A DNA stretch of 64,000 bases from Callorhinchus milii. Lineage: Eukaryota. The position numbers and the translations under genes were made by a program. Each line of letters begins with the position of its first letter. Within the stretch, counting starts at the first letter, position 1. The stretch lies in the NCBI RefSeq assembly GCF_018977255.1, contig NW_024704743.1, forward strand, positions 65,288,001-65,352,000, given 5' to 3'. Below, in pieces: positions 38,101-50,100 of the stretch. A model generated the notes under the pieces. That model saw nothing but the letters and a program-made list of their open reading frames with translations. It did no database searches and was not told the origin of the DNA.

Positions 38101-41100
38101 ATTAGTGACCTTTATTTATACTTTATTTATTAGTAATACTTTATTTATTGGACTTACAGTCCAGGGCTTTAAGTAATTATGTGATTTGTTACACAACTGT
38201 TTAAAAACAAAACAAAGAGAAAAAGAGATTTTTCAAGTAGGATGAATTTGATGAGCTCCCCTTTGTTTTAACAAATGTTTTAACATTTTAGTCAATCAAT
38301 GATCCTCAACTTTGTCAAGTTCAGTGTAAATTTGATTGAGGTTATTTGTGTTTGTGGGGTGGTGCGCGCGCGGGGGTGAACAATCCCTGAATCTCCGCAC
38401 CCCTATCACCCCTATCCTTGCCAGGCTCCACTGGCTTCCTTTTGCAAATAGATCAACAACAAGATCCTCACTTAATGCCCTGGTACCTCCTACCTCTCCG
38501 GTTTGCTCAAACCCCACTCAGCATGTCCCAAATACCTTTATTCCGCCATCTGCAGCTATGACTTCATCCATTGTGCCCCATCTTCACCTTGCTCCATCCT
38601 TGCCCATCTTCAGATCCCAGCTGAAGACCTTCCTCTTCAACTGTGTCTAGAGTCACCTCACCTCTCTCTCCGGCTCAGCATGAAACTCTGTTCCGAGACG
38701 GTAGTCTGCGTGAAGGACAGTATATAAATTCAGGTTGCTGTTGAGTGAGTGTGGAGATATTGCACATCCGTTGCTGTTTTACATGGTTTGAATGGGCAAT
38801 CTCTATGCTGTGATAAATGAATATATACATCCAAACTGTTTTGTCTTAATTATCATTTTTAGTGCCTTGTTGTGGTGCTTTATTGAGGTACATGTTAAAT
38901 TATTTCTATAGGCTGCAGTGAGGGAATCACTTTCCAGCCTGGCCTTTCACACAAAAACTGGTTACAGTGTTGCTGTTGGTGCAAATCTGACATTGGAAAT
39001 GGACCTTTTCACCACAGTTCGCCAGCTCTTGATATTTGACATCACATTTGAACACGGACTGACCCACAGTCACAGATTGAACGACCAGTCACCGGCATTC
39101 GAAAGTCACTCCCACATCATGCTTATGGAGAACTACGGTCTGCAAAACTGCACAATGTGTGTTCAGATCATCCATAGGTACAGGACGGTGGGTACTTTCA
39201 ACATTTCAATTGGCGTTTATTATGATCTGGGTATGTTAAATGCATCCTTAGCAAAACTCATTCAGGTTTACAGTCCCATAAATGTGATCGCCCCTGCTCC
39301 CTTTTGGCATGAAATCATACCTTCAAGAATGAACCTGACCTTTTTGGTTACAAGTGAAGCTGATAAAACAGGATCACAATGTGTGTGGACTATTCGAAAG
39401 GGAAACAAGACTTTATCTGTGATGAACACAACTGAGTGGTTTCTGCAGCATTCTTTTGCAACAGCAGGATGCTACATGTTGACAGTGATGGCTTTCAATC
39501 CGATCAGCAATGCCTCGTACAGCAAAATGATTGAGGTCCAGGATGTTATTGAAGGGCTCTCTGTGTCAGCTTCCCATTCCAGAAACCTACCAACTGGCTC
39601 CACAGTCACCCTTCGTGCCAATGTGCTCAGTGGAAACAACATCACATATGTCTGGATATGTGATCCCAATTCTACGATTGTGCAAGCCAGCTCATCTCTG
39701 GTCTCATACAGATACTCACAGCCGGGAGTCTATTCAGTCAGTGTGACAGCAATAAACAATGTAAGCGAAGTAGCAGGAAGTGCCATGGAATTTGAAGTTC
39801 AAGATCTTGTGGGAGACATAAAAACAAATATCTCCAACATCATTACAATCAACCAGACGACTGTCATCTCTATGATTGTGACAACTGGCACGGGTTTGAT
39901 CATTGAGGTACTGATGAATGACTCTGTGGTGTTTCATACTAAGCATTATGTCCCCAACACGCCACTGAGTCTACCTTTTACCTTCAGTCAAAGTGGAAAA
40001 CTGCAGCTGTCAGTTCGGGCTATGAATCTGGTCTCCTCGCATAATGTTTCAGCAGTTTCCTTGGTTGTCAAAGAGATTCACATGGTATCCATATCAATGA
40101 AACAGCAACCCGTCGTTGGACAGGACATCATTCTTGTTGCAAAAGTCAACGGTGAGCTTTGAAAGATTAAACATGACTGAAATAATAATAATAATCCTTG
40201 TATTTCGCGCCTTATCACGTCGGAAAGACGTCATTGGTTCAGCTAAAATAACATAGATACAAAACAAACAGGAATAATCATCAAATAATCTATCAAGTAC
40301 TAATGCTCCAAAATCAACCTAGTCTAATAATAATTCTTGGATTTGGTAATAGTGCCTACCTTTCACATCAGGAGGATATCTCAAAGAACTTTGCAGGGTT
40401 TTACTGTGAAGTGGAGTGACTGTGTATTAAGTATTTTTAGACCACTTGGTCCTAAAATTTAAGATTATCCAGATTAATTGTGGAAAATTAATTTGCAAGA
40501 AGTTTTCCATAGTTTTTGTTAAAAAAAAGCGGCTTCTAAATTAAGTCTCAATTTGACAAATTTCCTAACTCTGCAAAATCTTACATTTTAAGGCAAACTA
40601 GCCTTACAGACTAGGTAGAATTTTGGGCTACTATTTTCTAAAATGACAGTTAGTCATTCGTTAGTTTTAAATTTGTATCCTCAATCCCTCAGCCTCACTC
40701 CCTCTTTATATATCTTTAAATCCCACTTTAAGACTTATCTTTTTGACTGTGCCTCTGGTCACCTCCCCCTTCTCCCTTGCTCAGCATCCAACTTGTAGAG
40801 CACTCCGAAACTCTATCTTACATGAGGGGCACTATATAAATGCAAGTTGTTGTTGTTGTTGGTGGTGACAGAAAATTTCCTTTGTTTTTTTCAGAATATC
40901 TGTGGAGAAACAGAGCATATATTTACAACTGGACGCTGTACGACAATCACACAGTGATGACTGGCAGTCCTTTTATCACATACAGATGTATAAAAGCTGG
41001 GCCTCAGTGGGTTGCTCTTTTTGTTTCCAACCTGGCATCCACTACCTCCAGTGAGCTTGTGTTAAATGTTTCTGATATAGATAATGGTCCAAGGCTCAGT

Positions 41101-44100
41101 CATTCAGCTAATGTGGCAGCTGGATCGGCAGTGCCCTTCACATTTAAGGTAATTGTCATCCAGCTACATTTTACAGCATATTCTGTAAGCACTTTCAGAT
41201 GTCTAGAAGACGTGAAAAGCGCTATATAAAATACAAGGATTATTATTATGATTATTTTACCATAAATGAAAAGGAGCCACATATTTTTGTTGTTGGTCTC
41301 ATTCTTCTACATCTTGTCTTCACGGCGCTGTCCTTGATTGGTTCAGACAGCATATTCTGTGAAGCGCTTTGAGAAGTCTAGAAGACGTGAAAAGCGCTAC
41401 ATCAAATGCAAGGATTATTATTATTATTATTATCGTACCTCTCATGCCGCCTGCACTTCATCTCCACAAACGGCTTTTCTAGTCCCTGCACCGTCTCGTG
41501 CGGTGTTGCTCAGGGCTCTGTCGTTGGTCCCCTACTCTTCAACATCTATATGCTCCCTCTTGGTGACATCATCCGCAGACATGGGGTCAACTTCCACATG
41601 TGTGCGGATGACACCCAACTCTACCTCTCTGCCTCCACCCTTGACTCCAGGACCACTGCTGTCCTGTCAGACATCAAGTCCTGGATGAGAGCTAACTTTC
41701 TTCAATTGAACATCAACAAGACCGAGACTCTCCTGATAGGGTCCCGTCAGCGCCTCCTCACCTCAGTGCTGACAGTATCACCCTCCATGGTTGCACACTC
41801 CACATTGCTAAGCCAGTCCGGAACCTTGGGGTCTTGTTTGACCCTCAACTATCCTTTCTACTGCACATCTGTGCCATGACCCACTCTGCCTTCCCCCACC
41901 TCCGCAACGTCGCCCCGCTCTGGCACTGTCTCAAACCGCAGGCCGCTGAAACCCTCATACATGCTTTAATTACATTGAGGCTCGACTATGCAAACTCACT
42001 GCTTGTCGGCCTCCCCAACTCCTCCCTCCACAGGCTGCAGATCATCCAGAACTCTACAGCCCGTGTCCTCTCCTGCACTAGGCTCCGTGACTCTATCAGC
42101 CCCATCCTTGCCCAACTCCACTGGCTTCCCATCACACAGAGGATACAGTTCAAGAACCTGGTCCTCACTTTCAAAGCCTTCCACAGTCTTGCTCCCCCCC
42201 TTACCTCTCCGACCTCCTAACCCCCTACCATCCTGCTCACTCCCTCCGCTCAGCGGGCTCCGGCGTGCTTCACGTCCCCCGCCTTGCTCGCTCCACTATT
42301 GGTGGGCGAGCCTTCGCCATGCTGCACCCACCCTCTGGAACTCCATCCTGCAGTCCCTCCATCTCGCCCCCTCCCTTGCCACTTTCAAGACCCATCTCAA
42401 GACCCTCCTCTTCGACCGTGCTTTCGGTCTCCCTGCTTCCGCCCCTGTTCTCTACCCTCCCCCACCCCGACCCTCAGCTCGGGTCCGTAACTCTGTTCAG
42501 CGCCTTGGGACGTCCTCCTGATGTGAAAGGCGCTATACAAATGTAATTTTGTTGTTGTCTTACAGAACCTGTTCTCAGATATGGGTGATGTGGTAATCCA
42601 ATTTGGTGATGGAAACACAAAAACCATTTCCACCTCCAGCTGCACAGGGTACAGTAATCATTCTTTTCACAGTATTAAAAATATTGAAAGAAAACCTTGA
42701 GTGAATAATCTGAATACCAAGTTATGGATCAACTTCTGCAATGTTGCTAATCGTTGTGTAAACGTTTTGCAGTTTCAGCATCAACTACACTTACCCAGTT
42801 CCAGGGATCTTCAATATTGATGTTCTCTTCATGAACAGTACTGACACACTATCCTCTGCCATTGTAATTCAGGATCTCATCGGAAATCTGAGTCTGACCG
42901 GTCCAAGTAATGTCAGCCTTTCTACGAAGTAAGCTAAGTAGATTATTATTATCCAACATTTCCAAGTCCTGACATTTTTTAACATTTTGAAATGTCTTTG
43001 GAGTAAACATGAATGGACAGGTTATTCTTGTTGCTCATATGCTTTTGTCAGTACAGTAAATCCCCGGCTTACCAGACTTTGAGTATCTGGAATTCAAACC
43101 TAGGCCTGAAACCTAATTTGTTTTTAAAAAAAATCCACAGACCAAAAATTTACCCAGCCCACATGTAGGCTCACAACTATTCTCCTAGCGTGTGCTAATA
43201 GTTTATTCACTGTCTTCTGTTTGTGAGATTCAAACAATTATAATACTGGTACCAACATTTTTATTACACGTTGCTAGATATTCTGGCTCACCCAACACAC
43301 CTCCCCCCTCCATTAGTCTGGCTAGCCAGGGTTTTAATGTATTCATTAATTGATTGCAGTGTTTAAAAACATAGTGACTGTTCAGAATTCAAAACGACCA
43401 TTAAACTCTTTCTTTCTCACACTTTTGTTACTTCTTACCTGGAGTTTTCAAATGCACTCTTTTTGCTGGTTTCCCAGCTCCACCAACCATAAGATCCAAC
43501 TTATTCATAATTCTGCCACCCACGTCCTTACTCACACCAAACTCCACATGGCCATTACATCAGTCCTTGCCAGGCTCCTATCTCCCTGACTCCTGGCAGA
43601 TCAATTTCAAATCCTCACCTATAAATCCCTTCACTTTCCTATCCTGGCACCTCCTACCTCTCTGATTGTCTGCCCCACTCCTCTGCTTGCTCACTCCACT
43701 TAGCTAACTCAGATTTGCTGCACCCCCCCCCACCCCCCATGTTTATGGTTCAGTAAATGAGAGAATAGTCCTCGCATTTGAAAATTCTCCTCATGCTTCA
43801 CACAAGTTACTGTGAAGTGTATTATGCAAGCAAACAGCTATTTCACAAACAGTAACAAGGTGAAAAGACACATTTAATCTGTTCAGTGATTTTTGATGAG
43901 GAAGGACTATTTTTTATGTTATCATTACCTGGTGCCAGATTTTTGCTGCTCTTCAACACAGTACTATGTGATTTTTAGTCACCAGAACAAATCTTGGTTA
44001 ACATCCCATATGAAGGGCAGCACTTCCAGTAATGTTACACTCCTCAGTGCCACACTGAATTATTAGGTTAGATTATGAACTGAAACTCAATGTGGGGCTT

Positions 44101-47100
44101 GAATTAACAACAAACTGATCAAGAGATAAGATTGAAACCAACTGAGCTGAATCGACATCATATCTGAGAGAATATATCTGGTCAATTTGTGCTATAGGCT
44201 TGGTTTGTCATGGCAGGATCTGTTCACGTGAGTTCCTATGGCATGTATTTGTTGACTTGATCAGTGGCTTGGTAAGAGAATGACAGTCAGGTGGGTATTC
44301 CTAGTGGGCCGAAGGGGCATTCTTTATCCTTCCTCTCTTGTCATCTGGTGATCTTGTGATTTAAATTCATGCTCTTTTAACCTTCTGCAGTTTATTTCAA
44401 CCATCTGTTGCAACATGGAATGCTAAGCTTGCCAAAGGTTCCAACTATATCTTCTTGTGGCAGTACTCAAATGGCACGACAAACTACACCATCATAGGTC
44501 CGAGCAAGGTATGATACTATTAAAGTGGCAGCTCATAACTAGTGGTTTAGTGACACAGTGAACTGCAGCAGCAGAGCCAGGCACGTTTGAATTCCCATGA
44601 ATGCATTTTAAATCTAAGCTATATCACGGTGGGAGATGTCAAGCAGTGCCCAGGAGACTCCAGAGAGAAAAAGAGAACATTGGATTAATGAAGACTAAGC
44701 CACAATTGGTAGATAATCTGAAGATATCAAAGGGAAGGAGAGTGAGAGGGGGGGCAGACAGAACAAAATGTACACTCTTGGCAAGTGTTAGAGCTTATTA
44801 CTGTTATTATTACTGTTATTATTGTTATTATTATTGGGGATTTCCAGCACCATCTCCTCTTGTAAGAGTCTGGTGGTAATTCCTGCCTGGTTCCCACCAT
44901 CTGGAATCTGGGTCCTTTTATCTTTCTGCCTTTGCAGAGTCACACATCAGGGATTAAGAACAACCCCAACCCGATATATCGATTGGTAATGGGGCTCAAG
45001 TCGTACAGTCAACCCAGAGGCCCCAAATTTCTCATAACTTTAATCTTGAGACCCTTTCATTGTTTGCAATGCAATAATAGGGTTGTGGGGTGTGTTATGC
45101 CATTTGTGATGTGATAAGTTTCAAAGCTGATAATTATCCCAAGGTCGGAAATGCAGATATGTTGTGTTCTTGTCCATAAGAATAGGTTTGGAGTTGAATA
45201 CTTATGGTCTCAATTCCTAGAGAATAGTTTCTCCCTTTAGTCCAGTTTTGCTTATTGAAATAATAATCCTTGCCTTTGATACAGCACTTTATCACATATT
45301 ACATGTCTCAAAGCGCTTCACAGAGTTTTCTGTAATTTGTAGGCGAACGTGGCAGGCAATTTGTACAAAGCGGTGTATACATACAGCTGTGAAACAAATG
45401 ACTTTTTTTTTATCTGGGTGATTGTTGTCCAGGATACTCAGTGAAATGGCTTTCTCTTTTTCAATGTTACCATAGGACTTTTAACATTCACTAGAACAGG
45501 CAGGTGGGATCTTGGTTTAAAATTGTGATGTCCTCCCTTAGAGGCAAAAGTACTACTGACTGAGCCAAGCCGACATTAAATGCCATGGTCAGCACTCCGA
45601 GATGTTGTCCTGGGTGAAGGGTAAATAATATAATAAATAATCCTTGCATTTGATATAGCACTTTTCACGTCTTCTAGACGTCTCAAAGCACTTCACAGAA
45701 TACACTGTAAAGTGAATTGCGCACAGCAGTGTCCCACAGACAGTTGTGGATTGAGTGACACATTATTATTGTTTTTTTTTCTTGAGGGAATATTATCAGG
45801 CATGTGGAGTAAGGAAACTTGCCCAAGTTTTGGCCCTGCCGGGAATCGAACCTGGGTCTCTCGTCTGTACTCTAACCACTGATCTAAAGGGTGCTCTAAA
45901 AATGCATGTTCTTTTTCATTTTAATGTAGTGAGTGAATCTTTTGTTGATGCCTAAGACCTGAAATTCCAACTTGACTTAGCCTGTAAGACCATTCTGTTT
46001 TAACATTTAATTACGTAGGATTGTGGAAAAATCTTAAATTAGCTCTCAATTTGGAACCAAGTTTTAGGCTTCCAAATTAATGCTAAATGTAAGCAATCAG
46101 TTTTAGTACCATTTAAAATCACACAATTCAGTGTGATTTTGAATTTCAGACAAAATATTGTACACCTAAGACTAAGTAGAATTTTGGGCCTCTAGAATTG
46201 ATTTTTAATTTAAAGATTTTATTTTTAAAGCTATGTGTAAGCCATTACCAAGTGAAAAGATGAAATCTGCATGCTCTATATTCCAATTATCTTTCCAAAC
46301 CTTGTGAGTTTCGAAACATCAAAAATCATATTTCCCCTACCAGCCAGTAGAGATTTTTCACTAATTTTGTATAATGTATAAAGGATGATTGCTTGACATT
46401 GAAAGAACTCCCACTGTCAAAGAATCAAAAGAAATATTGAATGTTGGAAATCTGAGATAAGGTAGAAAAATCGGCAATCCACAAGATGACGACTTTGATG
46501 TCAACTCGATTCAGTTGGTGGCGCTCTGGCTTTTGGGTCAGTAGGTTGTTGGTTCAAACCCAATATCAGGGCTTTGAACTCACACTTCAGTCAGTACTGG
46601 AGGAGCACTAAGTTGTCAGAGATTTAATCCTTTAGATGAAACAGTGACTAGTCTCATGACACGTCAGTGTGGTTTAGCACAATAATGTTCTTTGTGGTAT
46701 ACAATTATTGTGTTCAGACCTTTTAAAACAATGATTTCAAAGTTTGATTTATAATATGAATGGTACTTTCACTTTTGTTTTCAGTTGACCATGGAAATAA
46801 ACACAACTGGTATTATAAAGGTTGAGGTCACAGCTAAGAATGGAGTGAGCTACGCCAACGCTGTGATGACCACAGTGGCCCAGTATCCTATTATTGGTGT
46901 TATTCTCAATGTCGCTCGAATACCTCTGAGGAAGACCAGCACTATTATGCTTCAAGTAGAGCCCAAACAAGATTATATCATTGAAATAAACTATGGGGAT
47001 GGAACAAGCAATCTTTTTCATTCGGAACAGCTCAGTTCCCACAGAGGCTGTTTCGATACTCCGCTTCATTGCACCAATCTTGCTTTTCCTCACACATATT

Positions 47101-50100
47101 CTGCCATTGGACAATATTTGGTCAATGCCACAGTTTCCAATGATGTAAGCAGTGTATCATCAGGAATCGTGGCTGTGGTTGAGGAGCCTATCACTGGTCT
47201 CCAGCTGATACTGAATTCACCAAATGTGATCAAGCGTGAAGAGTACATTAATGCAACAGCACATGTCCAAACAGGCACTGAGGTTACTTTTGAATGGACC
47301 ATTTCAATGCCACACTCAAGCCCTTTCACACTGACTCAGGAGTAAGTATACACTGTTATCTATAATACTACATATGTGAAAGTCCATGTAAGTATCTATT
47401 AATGTCTATGTTTTCTTTTTTAGGATGTGTATGATGTGTATATTGTCAAAGGTATCCTGACATTTGATGATCAGACAGGCCCCACAGTTTTAATTAATTG
47501 TTACATGGACCTTAAATCTCAAATGTCACTTCAAATAATGGAACAGTAAGGTTTACAGTTTTAAAATACTTAAATAAGTTGATTTACATAAGTTTTAGGA
47601 AAACCTCATACCTGTGAACCAGTGCATAACAACAATCCTTAAATTTGGTTTAGTGCCTTTCATGTTGGGCGGATGTCCCAAAGCGTTTCACAGGAGTTAC
47701 TGTAAAGTGCTGATCTATGTGATTAGGGCAGCTTTCACAGCCAAGGAAATTGTTGGATGAAACTACAAGGCAGAGGCTTTCTGCCTGTATCCTTTTTCCT
47801 CGCCTCCTCTATCTATTTTTAAATTCCCACCTTAAAACCTACCTCATCCACTGTGTCTATGGTCACCTCCCCCTTTACCCTACCTTTGTGAAGTGCTCCG
47901 AGATGTTATCCTATGTGAAGGACGCTATATAAATGCAAACTCTTGTTGCTGAGGCCGCAGAGAGGAACATTTCTGTTGAAGCTTTCACTAACTGTCATTT
48001 TCTTTCTTTCAGCAACACCCACATTAGCACAATCAGCTTCCAAACTCATACAGGAGGAAGTTACTACATCAGTGTCAAAATCTCCAGTCCACTGTACAGC
48101 ACCCCCTTCAATCACCTTCTTCCATATCCTGTGAAAGTAAGAACTCCAATTGAGGGTCTACAAGTGTTATTCCCTGTCAATACCAACAGTGCTAAACTTC
48201 TGCTGTTGCCAAATGGTACCTACACCACTCAAGTGTTGGACTTTCGTGTTTCCACATTCAATGAAGAGGTGAAGTTTACGTTTGACTTTGGGGATGGTTC
48301 CCCGTTACTTACTGTCGATGGAGTACAGGGTGTCTTTGTTGGCAGCAATGCTTCTGGACAACATAGGTTTAACAAAGGTCAGTATGGAGAGGGTGTTTTC
48401 TCCCACCCGAGATCCTTTCTTTACCTGCTACTATTCTCCGATAATTTTCTCTGCAACCTTATTTCTCTCCCAAAGGCTTTTCCTCCTCCTTCTGGGGAGC
48501 TGTAGTCCCACAGCTGCCAGGCGCTTTTGGCAGAGGACTTTGCCTAAATTACCAACTGTTCGTGCATGAGTCTTGAAAGTGAGGGTGTGTGAATATATGT
48601 ACATATTTGTGAATATGAGGGCGAGCACATTTGAATATGTGTGAGTTTGTGTGTGTGTATGTGCCCGTGTGTACCGTTTTTTTTCCAAAAGATAGTAGTT
48701 TAAAATTTGGCAGTAAGTAAACCCAAAATGAAGTAATGTAAAAGGTGAGCAGATGTTTATAGCAGAACCCACTGGCCAGTTACTAGAAACCAAACATTTT
48801 CTTCAGAAATGGTGTAATAATAATAATAATAATCCTTGCATTTGATATAGCACCTTTTCACGTCGGGAGGACGTCCCAAAGCGCTTCACAGAACACACTG
48901 TAAAGTGAATTGTCTGTATATTTTGTGGGGGAAAATACCTTGATACAAAACATTTGAAATTCTCATTATAGAGATGTATTTTGTGGGTGAATCGCAGCAG
49001 TCAATTGTGCACAGTAAAGTCCCCCAAACAGTCGTAGATTGAGTGACTAAATTATAATTTTTTGGTTATCAAAACATATTTGGTCAATTATTATTTTTTG
49101 GTCACTAACTTGGCATCCAACCCTGCCTTTGTGAAGCGCTCCAAGATGTTATCCTTTGTGGAACGCTTCAAGATGTTATCCTGTAGTCTGAAAGAGAAAC
49201 ACCACGCAACAACAATAACAACAAAATTACATTTGTATAGCGCCTTTCACGTTGGGAGGACGTCCCAAGGTGCTGGACAGACAGAGTTACAGACCTGAGC
49301 TGGGGGTTGAGGTGGGAGAGGGTGGAGGGCAGGGGGGATAGCAGGGAGATCGAAAGCACGGTCAAAGAGGAGGGTCTTGAGGTGGGTCTTGTAGGTGGTG
49401 AGGGAGGGGACGAGACGGAGGTACTGCGGGATGGAGTTCCAGAGGGTGAGTGCAGAGTGGCGGAAAGCCCACCCACCAATAGTGGGGCGAGCAAGGCGGG
49501 GGACATGAAGCACGCCGGAAACCGCTGAGTGGAGGGAGTGAACAGGATGGTAGGGGTTTAGGAGGTTGGAGAGGAAGGGGGGAGCAAATACTGTGTATGA
49601 TAGAAATACAATGCACAATGTCTGCCTGAACATAGATTCCTGTAATGTCTGCATAATGAGCTTGATTGAGTTGTAACTATAGCAGAATATTTCATGTTTT
49701 GCCCATTGCAAGCTCCTGGATTGCTTACATGCATGTTCTGAATGTTTCTTTTCTCAGAGGGTGTGTTCCACATTACAATCTTTGCATTCAATCAGTTCTA
49801 CAATAAAACTGATGAACTAGGTGCTTATTTTGTACAAATGGTTCCAGAAGGACTGCTGTTGACTATGAATTCCAGTGTCATTCACAAAAATGAGGTAATT
49901 CTCTTCAGTGCTAAGCTGGATCGAGGAACAGATGTGACCTACAGCTGGAACCTGGGCGATCAGACATCCTATGTACATGAAGGCAAGAATGGCATTTATT
50001 CTAAAGCTGTATTGCTGGTTCTACTGGTTTCACTTTCATACTGAACAGTTTATTTTTATAGTGGGGTATTGGAAGTTCTTTTGAAGCTCATCGTGCAGGA

